A stretch of 64,000 nucleotides of DNA from Candidatus Marinacidobacterales bacterium (lineage in GTDB: Bacteria; Acidobacteriota; Vicinamibacteria; Marinacidobacterales; DATDRI01), in the NCBI GenBank assembly GCA_965226495.1, contig OZ245365.1, positions 185,403-249,402 on the forward strand. The letters run 5' to 3'. Below the pieces are notes generated by a model. That model had not been told where the DNA came from, did no database searches, and worked only from the letters and a program-made list of their open reading frames with translations. Position numbers and translations under genes: made by a program. Below, piece after piece: positions 34,963-44,500 of this stretch (within the stretch, counting starts at the first letter, position 1; every line of letters starts with the position of its first letter).

Positions 34963-35661
34963 CTAAAACGTCTGGTAGTAGCCGACGTTCAGAATGGGAC
35001 CCGCCGGCCAATTTCGTCCACGGACACTGACGGGCACCGTGAACTCGATACTCTGGGTGGGGGAAATCGCAAAGATGACCCCCGGTTCTATGTAGATGAC
35101 CTCGCGTCGCAGTGTCGCAATGGGTAGCCCGAAGCTCATGGCGTCGAAACCGTAGAGTCCGCGAACGAGCCCCTTGAACATGATGTTGGGGATCCATCGG
35201 TAGCCGCCCTCCAGACTCCAAAAGACCTCGTCCCCCGGGTCGATGCCGTTTTCCTCGTTCTCGGTTCGGAAACGGTAGCCGAATCTACCGTTGACGTAGC
35301 CCGGCCGTGGCCATAGGGAGCGGCCCACCTCCACGTCGACTTCGAAGTCGGTTTGACCTTCCCCCACTGGCACGATTTCGGCATCGTTGACGAACTCGCC
35401 GGTGGGAAACTTGACCGCAGCCCCCAAAGTGGCGACGACCGTGTCCTGAGTGAAGTTCCAGCGCGCCCCCGCTCTGAGATCTCCGATTCCGGTGGAGCTT
35501 CGGTCGCCTGCGAAATCATCGAAACGGATGTTGTAGACAGGCAGTTGGAATAGGGCCTCGAAGCCGGAACCGCGCCCAAGCCGATACTCGAAAAACGCAG
35601 CGGTGACTTCGACAACAACCTGATTCTGTTCGACCGTGCCACCGACAGCCTTTGGTCGCAA
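34963..35661 (-). pseudogene. MetA-pathway/transporter-like outer-membrane beta-barrel lacking a start codon and signal peptide
   Basis: The barrel-like sequence runs from RPKAVGGTVEQNQVVVEVTAAFFEY to the terminal YYQTF. No in-frame start or signal peptide precedes it. The ORF-track N-terminus (to 35961) is antisense to the neighbouring gene. Confidence 0.45.
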
Positions 35662-36264
35662 ATGCGGGTGAGCTCGATCTGTGGCGATTTCGTCGAGACG
35701 AGGCCCAAGCTGCTCCCCGTGGTTCAGTCGACCTGGGGGGCTTGGAAGGCACTGCAACCGGAGACGACGGTGGTGAGTTTCAACACCGGCTTCGAGCGGA
35801 ACTATGACCGCTATCCCTACGGGAACTACGATCAGCTCAACGACACCGAGCTGCTCTTTCCACACACCTTCATAGATCCCCGGCTGCGTACGAAGGAGCT
35901 CGTACTGGGCATCGTCCGCGGAGGTGTCGCGCGCGCCTACCCCTACGAGGGTTTGGGGCAACGTTCTGCGGTCAACGACGACGTCAATGGGAAACCGGTA
36001 TTGGTGGTTTTCGATAAGGAATCACAAATGGCGCTTCCCTTCGACCCTACCGTGGACGGCGAAGTCTTGAGTTTCAAGGTTTCTCCTGGGAATGCGTTCC
36101 CGTTTCAGCTCCGGGATGAAGAGACCGGAACGCTCTGGGATCTTACCGGGCTCGCCGTCGAAGGTCCGTTGGCCGGTTCCCAACGCGAGCCCATCGCCAC
36201 GTTCAGTGCCATGTGGTTCGCGTGGGCTTCATTCAACCGCGGAACCGAGATCTTTAAGAAGTAG
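35554..36264 (+). pseudogene. DUF3179-like protein missing its N-terminal part
   Basis: It has NNLILFDRATDSLWSQ, LLPVVQSTWGAWKALQPETTVVS, ARAYPYEGLG..AVNDDVNGKPVLVVF, DEETGTLWDLTGLAVEGPLAG and FSAMWFAWASF. The frame opens directly after a TAG at 35551-35553 and the first ATG is at 35662, in mid-domain. Confidence 0.5.
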
Positions 36265-36312
36265 AGAGAAGTAGGAAAAAATAGTGTACAATTCGGCCCA
36301 TCCCGGAAAGTC

Positions 36313-37350
36313 ATGCCCAAACAGCGCGTCGCGGTTCTCTACGATATCTGGTGGGATGATGACGATACTCCGCCAGAGAAGCCGCGCGGCGGCAAACCGC
36401 GTAAACGCGAGAAGGAAGTCCACGAAGAGGTCTATGCCACTCTCAAGAAGCTAGGCTACCAACCTTTCTATTGCATTTTAGACGGTGAGTCCAAGTCGCT
36501 CGCCAAATTGGCCTCGTCGGAGGCAACCCTCATTTTCAATCTCTCCGAGTCCTATGCTGGTGACGACACCAAGGACATGCACATCGCCGCGTTCTTAGAC
36601 CTGATGGGGAAGAAGTACACCGGAGCCGGGCCTCACGCCTTGCATCTGGCCCAGGACAAGACACTCGCGAAGAAGCTTCTCTCGTTTCACGGCATCCGGA
36701 CTCCTTACTTCGCCGTTTCCTATCGAGGCAAGACAGGTTGGGCCGATGATATCTCCTTTCCCTTGATGGTGAAGCCCCAGGCCGAGGACGGCTCTATCGG
36801 TATCGACACCGGTTCGGTGGTTACCAGCGTCAAGGAGCTGATGCAGCGGATCGACTATATTCACACTCGCTTCGACAGCCCCGCTTTGATCGAAGAGTAC
36901 ATCGAAGGCCGCGAGATTTACGTGGGCGTGGTGGGGAACGAAAGACCCGAAGCGCTACCGTTGGTCGAGCTGGACCTTTCTCGGGTTCCCGGCGATGTGC
37001 CGAAGATCGCGGGTACCGAAGTCAAGTGGTTGAAGGACAATAGGCTCTATAAAGTCACCGAGGCTTTCATCCCGGAAGATCTTTCGGTGGAGACGGAGAA
37101 ACTTCTCAAGGAAACGGCGGTAGCGGCGTATGAGGCGTTGAAGTGTCGCGACTATGGTCGCGTCGATATTCGACTGGCCAAGGACGGCACCGTGCACGTC
37201 CTCGAAGTGAACCCCAACCCATGGCTCGCCTCGTTCACAGAGTTCTCGATGGCATGGCGAGGCACCGGACGCACGTATCCGCAGCTGATTCAATACATCG
37301 TGGATATGGCCTTCGCCCGGTACGCGCAGCCTGCACCGGTGCAAGGGTGA
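36313..37350 (+). CDS. ATP-grasp enzyme of the D-alanine-D-alanine ligase family
   Basis: It has HLAQDKTLAKKLLSFHGIRTPYF, FPLMVKPQAEDGSIGI, LIEEYIEGREIYVGVVGN and VLEVNPNP. Confidence 0.85.
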   Translation: MPKQRVAVLYDIWWDDDDTPPEKPRGGKPRKREKEVHEEVYATLKKLGYQPFYCILDGESKSLAKLASSEATLIFNLSESYAGDDTKDMHIAAFLDLMGKKYTGAGPHALHLAQDKTLAKKLLSFHGIRTPYFAVSYRGKTGWADDISFPLMVKPQAEDGSIGIDTGSVVTSVKELMQRIDYIHTRFDSPALIEEYIEGREIYVGVVGNERPEALPLVELDLSRVPGDVPKIAGTEVKWLKDNRLYKVTEAFIPEDLSVETEKLLKETAVAAYEALKCRDYGRVDIRLAKDGTVHVLEVNPNPWLASFTEFSMAWRGTGRTYPQLIQYIVDMAFARYAQPAPVQG

Positions 37351-37360
37351 CGCTGATCTG

Positions 37361-37654
37361 CTAGCGAAGCGACATCGCCGGATCCCCAAACAGGTGATAA
37401 ATACTGAGGAGCTCTAGGTAGCCTCCGGACTCTGCAAACTGGGCCTGGGCCGCGAGGACGGCGTCTCCGAGCGTGGTGTGTCCACCGTACAGGAGCTCGG
37501 TGAGTAGTAGGCGGTGATAGAAGTGAGCGGGCCCATCGAGACTCTCCCCGCTGGGAGAAAAAGCGGCGACGATGCCCTTGCCGTCGGCCTTCAAGAGAGT
37601 TTCCGATAAGGAATCGAAAGTCGGGAACTGGAAGTATCCGTTCAAGCAGTTCAT
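37361..37654 (-). pseudogene. C25 peptidase C-terminal fragment carrying the catalytic-Cys segment (out-of-frame continuation of giant gene 1)
   Basis: MNCLNGYFQFPTFDSLSETLLKADGKGIVAAFSPSGE... is ~90% identical to the equivalent part of 52134-52610. A 38-nt duplication separates it from the upstream fragment. Confidence 0.7.
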
Positions 37655-38586
37655 GGTGAGAACTTCGTCGAAAGCATCGAGAATGCTGTCGTGAGTAGCC
37701 GCAGTGGGTAATGTTCGGGATAGTCCAGAGACTCGACGTGGTCGGATCTCAAGATATTTTCAGACCATAGATTCATGGCTCCGTGGCCGATGTAGCTGAC
37801 CAGCGAGGCGCCTTCGTCGAAAGCATCGAGAATGCTGTCGTGAGTAGCCGCTGCTCCTAACTCGTCGAGATAGATCTTTTGGACGTCATTGCCGGCTAAG
37901 AGCGAGGCAGCTAACTCCTCGGCATGGGCCTCGAAGTCTCCGGCTCTTGGGTCAGGCCGGTCGGCAATGAGGACGGCCCGTCCCCCGAGTCCCATCCCTT
38001 CCGTTTCATAAGCGACGATCTTGTCCACCATGGCTTGGGCTTCGTCGAGGTTGGCCGCAGGAAGTCTCCCGATGGCGAGGTCGGGTAACAAGTCGTCGCC
38101 GTTGACCGCGGCATAGGCGGGGTCGGAAGCGGTCCAGAGATAGGTGGACTTGAAGGGGAAGGGAGGTACTTGGTTCTCGACTCCCCATCCGAAGTAGTCC
38201 TTGAAGTCGAAGGTGCCGTCACCGAGGAGCAAGACGTAGCGAGGAGGAGTTCTCCAGTTGTGATAGGCATGCTCCAAGAAGCTCCTGATGGCGTCGGGTC
38301 TGGTCTCACCATGACCGAACTCGGAATAGATCTGCTCGATGGGTACGGCCAGAACGGTGAGACCTTGGCTAAGTCTGAGCTCGAGCAAAGGCCATGAGGC
38401 TTCGAGAAGACTCTCGGGACCAATAACGACGTATTTGGCTCCGTAGAGCATGCTCTTGAGCCGATACGGAAAGGGTCGCCTTATCTCTGGGCTCATGACG
38501 GCGGTAGAGTCAGCAACGAGATAGTGATGGCCGTCTTCGGCCCTGAAACGGAGTCCGCGGAGTCCGCCTTCAAAAGGACTCCGCAC
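37651..38586 (-). pseudogene. C25 peptidase catalytic-domain fragment carrying the catalytic-His segment (out-of-frame continuation of giant gene 1)
   Basis: FEGGLRGLRFRAEDGHHYLVADSTAVMSPEI...YVLLLGDGTFDFKDY...VSYIGHGAMNLWS is colinear with the in-frame C-terminus of giant gene 2. Here it is displaced by a 1-nt indel at ~38575. Confidence 0.7.
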
Positions 38587-41500
38587 CGCTCAACCACTTG
38601 GGCATGGGGCCCGTGGTGTCGAGGAGCAAAGAACTACCCGTGAGTCCTGTGACCTCGGCAACTCCGGACTGACCAAAGCTTCCTCGGAGCTGTCCGGAGT
38701 CGGCGACTAACTGGCTCGGGTACGTGACTTCGAACCGGTTGAGCATGATGCGGGAGTAAGCGGCCCCGGTATCTCCGACGTTTTCGAGCTCGAGCGTGTT
38801 CTGACCTTCTAAGAGAGCCCCGGGAAGCAACGAGAGGTCGCTCAGCCAAGGTAACTCGCCCTCGAGTGTGAAGTCGTCTAGCAACATGCCGTTGAGGTAG
38901 ATGCGGACATGATGGTCGGGGTCGGTGGGTAAGTCGGTGGTTCCCTGAATCCATACCTTGAGAGAACCGCTCTCGGAGGTGGGAGCAAGGTTCTCTACAT
39001 AGAAAGAATAGGCCTTGGTGACGGGAGCCAATAGAAAATCCCATAGCCAGACATCGGGTGCGGTAGTGAGCCTGCCTTGGAAGAGATGGTTCTCTTCGAG
39101 CTTCAATGTCTTCCAGTAGTGCCCGACCTGTAAGCCTGAAGGAGAAGCAGAGCCTAGCTCCATCCTCTGGCCACCGCCTGAGACGGAGAGAACATAGACG
39201 GCTTCCCGTCCGTAGGGATTGAGCTCTTCGCCGCCACTGAGGAAGTACAGCCGGGAGCCGCGCTTGAACTGTTTCTTATTGGGGTGGACGGTGAAAGCAA
39301 CGGGCTCGCCCTGGTAGGTGAGGTTGAGCGTCTTGGTCTTGATGCCCTTACGACGACTGCCGAAGAGGGATTGGTAGGAAACGCCGTAGAGTCCGGAGTC
39401 GTGGGTGACGAGGTTAGCGACGACGTTTCCGGAGCCGGCATTCTTCTTTCGTCGCTTGCGTCCCCGGGAGCCGCCCAAAGACTTTTCTCCGGGTACTTTT
39501 CCTTTGAACTTGACCTTGACGATGAGGCGTCGTGCGAGGAGAAGCTGTCCGGTGGAACGGTCCCACCGCAGTGGGGAAAGCTCCAAGAAGGCCTTTTTGA
39601 CGTCACCCTGGAAGGCGATGCTGACGATATGAACTGGACTCTCGGGATAAAGCCCCTGACCGCGGAAGGCCTTCCCTGGTTGTTGAGCAGAGCTGGCGAG
39701 GCTGACGGTGCCATCGGGCAGCATGACGGGTTCGAGCAGCTCGGCGGAAGTGGGTCTCAAGGAAAACGCTTCGACGCTTTTTGCTTTGACGGACTTGATC
39801 TTGACCTGTTTGCCGACCACGGCCTGTAGCCAGGTGCGCTTGACGGGAATAGCGGGAGTCCCGGGTTCCCAGTCTTCGAGGAAACCTGGTATGGACAAGC
39901 GCACCGAGCCGTCATCTTGGGGCTCGGCATAGAAGCCTCCGGTGATGAGCTCGAGGGTGACTTGACGGCGGGAGCGTTTCACTACCCGCAAGATGGTCTG
40001 TTCGGGATTCCCGTAGGTGATACCGTGCTCGTCGGAAGAAGAGGAGCCATCATCATCCTCGCCAACATCTTCAGTAGGTGAGTCGAAACTGGCGCCTGCG
40101 AGGGGAGTGGCATAAACGGGGCCATGTCGCTCACGCACTCCGTTGGACTCCAAGTCTTCGAGCTCGTAGAAATAGGATTGCCCGTTGACCAAACCGGAGT
40201 CGACGTAACGGTAGCTGGCACCGAGCGGAGAAGACCCAAGCCCCGGAACCATGCTCGGGTTCACGAGCTGGTAGGGGCCGGATTCCGACGCCGCTCGGTA
40301 GAGGTAGAAACCCACGTTGTCGACTTCCGAGCCCGTTTCCCATCGGAGCTCTATCGCGCTATCTCCACCCTGCGCTTCGAACGTTAGGAGCTCGACCGCC
40401 GTGGTCGCCGCGATCTGGTCGGCCCCAATGTCCCAAGGTGCGGTGCGGGCGCCGCCGTCGATGTCGGCGATGAAACTTCCGCTCAAATCGAGGCCGTTGT
40501 TTTGGGCATCGTTTTCCGCCGGATTGTTTTGAAGATGGAAATTCTCTGTTCCCGCCCCGAGGCTCTGGAAAATCACCCAACCGTTACGCGGCGCCGGGCC
40601 GGGATTGAGAATGTCCGTGGCATCGCGGTCCGGGAAGCAAATCCCACAGGAGGCCGACGCGTCCCCGGAGATGTTGTTATCCTGCGTCAACGAACCGGAA
40701 GTGACAGAGAAATCCACTCCACCATTGATGGAGATGGTGTTCCGCACCGTGACGTCGGAGGCGTCGGCGAAGATCCCGTCCCCACCGTTTCCTATGACGG
40801 TGGAGCTGTCGACCGTCAGGAGGTCTCCCGCGTCGTCGGCTTCGATGCCAGAGTCGTCGTTGTTGTAGACGATGGAATTTTGCACGATCACCGATTTGCT
40901 CCCGGTACCCGATAATCTGATGCCGTTGCTGCTATCGTGAACGAGTAGGAACCGGAGGAGGACGTTGGTGGCGGGTCGAACCTTCACACCGCCGTCGCCG
41001 GTCGCTCCGCGGACATTCTGGATCTCCAACCACTCGACGGTGACGTTGTCGTTATCGATCACGACTTCGTCTTCCGAATTCGGGGCGGTCGCGGAGTCCA
41101 AGACAACGCCCGTCCCTGCTATTCCGTAGTGGCGGTTGTTGGCTTCGACGGTGAGCGTAATGTCGTGATCGGGGGACGTCGTGGAACCCTCGATAACGAC
41201 ACCCCGCGTGAAGACCGAGTCGTCATAGGCAATCCCGACTTCCTTACGATTCTCGAAGACGAGATCGCTGCCAGCGACTGGGAAGTACGTGCAGCCACCC
41301 GCGCCGGAAATGCAGTCTTCCCACTCTTGGAGCGTGTCGAATTGCCGCGAAATCGTGTAGCCTCCGGTGAAATTGCCGACCACCGGCGTGGTCAAGGTCA
41401 ACTCAGTCTCGGAATCAACCGAGAAGATGGTGTAGTCGGTCCCGTTGATGTCGATCCGGTCCCCGCGCCCACGGTTCGCGGTTTGCCAACTCGTTCCCGT

Positions 41501-44500
41501 CCCCGTCACCGTGAAGGATCCGTCGAACGCATCGATGCTGCCGGCGTTGTAGTCGGCCGCGGTTCCGATCGATCGGTAGTTCACGGTGCGAGTTTCGTCG
41601 GCGCCCATCTCCCACCCGGCGCCGGTTCCTCTCGCTTGCCGATCGATATCATCCAGGACAGACCCCAACGGGGTTCCGACGCTGATGGCGGTGGAGGTCG
41701 GTATCAGATGCAGGTCCCAGTTGTTCTCGTCACCCGCGGTGATGTTGACGAACTGGTCGGCCGCGATCTGGTTGATCAACGAGGCCGGGCCAGGGGCCGT
41801 TCCGTCCTCAGACATGTTGTTGGAAAAGGAACCACCTCCCGAGACATCGAAATCGAGGCCGTTCCCCATCGAGATGGTGTTCGAAATGAACAGGGAAGAA
41901 CCCAGGTCTTGGTGTATCCCCGACTGACAACCGTAAACGGTCGTATTCTCCACCGTGACCGTGTCGTCTGCTTGGTCGCCCTGAATGCAACGGTCCTGGC
42001 CGTCGTAGATGATGGAGTTCCGGACCGCGAGGCTGTAGAAGTCCGCGGCGCCGCTGTCGGCGATAGAGATCCCGTCGTTGGTGGGGTTTGCTGCGTCGTC
42101 GAAGTCATGGACGAGGACATGACTGATTTCGACTTCTTGCGCTCCCACCGTGATGACGTACCCGCTGGGCAAAACACCCTTGACACCCGTGACCTCGAAC
42201 CAGTGTAAACGCGTGAAGTCCTCGAAGATTTCTATAACGCCGCCGGGGCCGCCACCGCTGTCTATCACTACGCCGGTCCCCGCCGTTCCACTATGTTGCT
42301 GCGTATTACCGCTGACGACTTGTGAGGCGTCCGCTACTGTCAACGTGATGAAGTGCGTTGCGTCCGTGGTGTAGCCGTTGATCGCAACGCCGGAAACGAA
42401 AGGCGTGTCGTTGTAGGCCACCCACGTGAGGTTCGCGCCCGCTGCGAGGAGGTCGAAGTTATTCAGATGATTTACGTCGCCGGAACCAACGGCCGCTGCA
42501 CCTAGGTCGTTAAAGGCACGCATGATGGAGACGACGGTAGCGGTGCCGACATCGCCAGGGACACCGCCGTTCGCGGCGTGCACGACGAACTGAGTGGGGC
42601 TCAGTACGGTCTTGATGTAGACCTTCGGCCCACCAAAGTCGATCTCGTCGCCCACCCCGATGTCACCGGTTTGGGGAACGGTGAAGGTCGCAGTGCCGTT
42701 GGTGATGGAGATGTCAGAAGCGGTCAAGAAGTCACTCGTATCCGTGCCCACAGAGTAAAAGACGTCACCACCCATCACGCTATCCTGCGTATGGACGGCA
42801 TCCGGGACGCTACCGGACCGGTTCACGCCTACCTCGACGTCATCGAGGTCGCCGATACCCATGGAAAACGTCGTCGTATCGCCCGGCACGAGGTTGGCGA
42901 CGGTGACCCCCACCAAGTAGTTGGTTCCCGTGACTCCCGGATCCTCGAGGATGGCGCCAAAATCGAGGACACCGCCCGAGGGGGTTACGGCTCCTTGAAG
43001 CAGTGTGTCGGTGCCGCCGTCGATCACGCCGTTATTGTTCTCGTCTCGCCATAGCTCGCCCGCCGTCACGTCGCCGTCGACCACCCCGCTCCCGGTGGAG
43101 AAGTGAACTTGGACGCCGTCCACGGTGACCGTGCCGCTTCGCGTGAGCTTGAAGCCGAAGAGCTCTGTCGTCACCGGAGTCGTGGTGCTGAATTGATCGG
43201 GAATCTGTCCCAGGTCGTGGTCCGCTAGAATGAGCGAGGCGGGGCCGGCGACGCTCGCCGCCGCATAGACCGAATAAACCGGAAGCGGCGCCCCGCCGTT
43301 CGCGTCATACAGGCGGAAGCAGTAGTCACCCAAATCCGTGGCGTTTGCCGTGGCGTTGATGGCAAACTCGATTTCAGTAAACTCGTCGCTATCCAAGTTG
43401 ATGCCGCCCGTCGTGTTGCCGGCGTCTTTCACTTCCCCCGTGACGAACGTCGACGCGGCGTCGGTGAGTCCGGGGGCGACGTTCGTGGTGGGTTCCCCAT
43501 CGGTTACGAAACTGGAGCCGTCCACCCGCCAGTGGCCACTGTTATCGGTCGGTACCGGGGAGTAGGCGCCGAGACTACAGCTCGCGGTTTCTGCGACTTG
43601 GAGCTGATAGGTGAGCGGGCCGGAGCTCGTGCCTCCTCCATTCGCCACCTGGAAGCGGAGTCGTCGGATCGGTCCCTTGGTGACGCCGGTCAGCTTGGTG
43701 TTCTCCGGGGCCGCCCAAGTGGCCGCGACTTCGTTGCCGTCGTCGTTTCGCCAGCGATAGCGAACCTGCGTGAGCTCCTGGGGAATTGCGGCGACCTCGT
43801 CGGCGCCAATGTCCCACGAGCTACGCAATCCGTCATCGATATCGACCGTGAAAATAGCACTCAAGTTGAAGGCAACACCTTCAGCGGCACTACCCGGATT
43901 GATGTGAAGGTTGCCAGCCGGCGCGTTGACGAAGCTGACCGCAACCAGAGGTACGTTGATCCCGCCTCCCGACGGGCTATGCAAGATCCCGCTCGGGTCA
44001 CTGGCGAGGTTGTCACTGCTGCTCGGGTCCAAATTCGGAACGTCGAAATCATTTCCTCCGGCCGTGGTGTGGGCGATGTTGTTCTGAAGGAGCACGACCG
44101 CGGATCCACCTAAGCTCGTGATGCCCCCGGTACCAGAACTGTTGTGCACGGTATTGTTCAGAATCCGCACCTGCGCAGTTGCGGCGAGCGTATTGTCCAC
44201 GCGAATGCCCCGGCCGGCGTTATAGATGATGTTGTTATAGATATCGGTAACCGCATCGGCGTCATTGGTCGTGATCCCGGCACGGGGCATGTCATGGACC
44301 AGCAGGTTGCGAACAACCACGTAATTGAAAATCGCTTGATTTCTAACGTGGATGCCGTCCGCGTTCGGATCGCCGCCCCCGAAGATCTCGAGCCATTCGA
44401 CGGTCACGAAATCGTCTCTCACGCCGATGGCATCGACGAGGTTGAAGGTGTTATCGAAGACCACGCCGCGGCCGGGAATCCCGTAGTGTCGGTTCGGGCC

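Larger units (their letters stand above)
37361..40400. repeat. paralogous 3' tract of giant gene 1 (partner of 52143-55135)
   Basis: It is colinear with the partner at offsets +14735 (38594-40400), +14745 (37861-38549) and +14782 (below 37662). By eye the lines I compared are roughly 93-97% identical. Confidence 0.85.

Noticed and set aside
35662-35961. The N-terminal ~100 residues of ORF 34963-35961, including a hydrophobic stretch LGVVELIVVPVGIAVIVPLEAGV that could be read as a signal or TM.
   Set aside because: This part is codon-for-codon antisense to well-conserved DUF3179 motifs (FERNYDRYPYGNYDQLNDTELLFPH). It has acidic residues in the hydrophobic run and no basic n-region or cleavage site.
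32491-37350. tRNA-Val as the integration site of a genomic island carrying the giant genes.
   Set aside because: I found no integrase, recombinase or transposase, and no direct repeat of the tRNA 3' end. The truncated gene pair at 35.6 kb is the only hint of rearrangement, so the idea remains unsupported.
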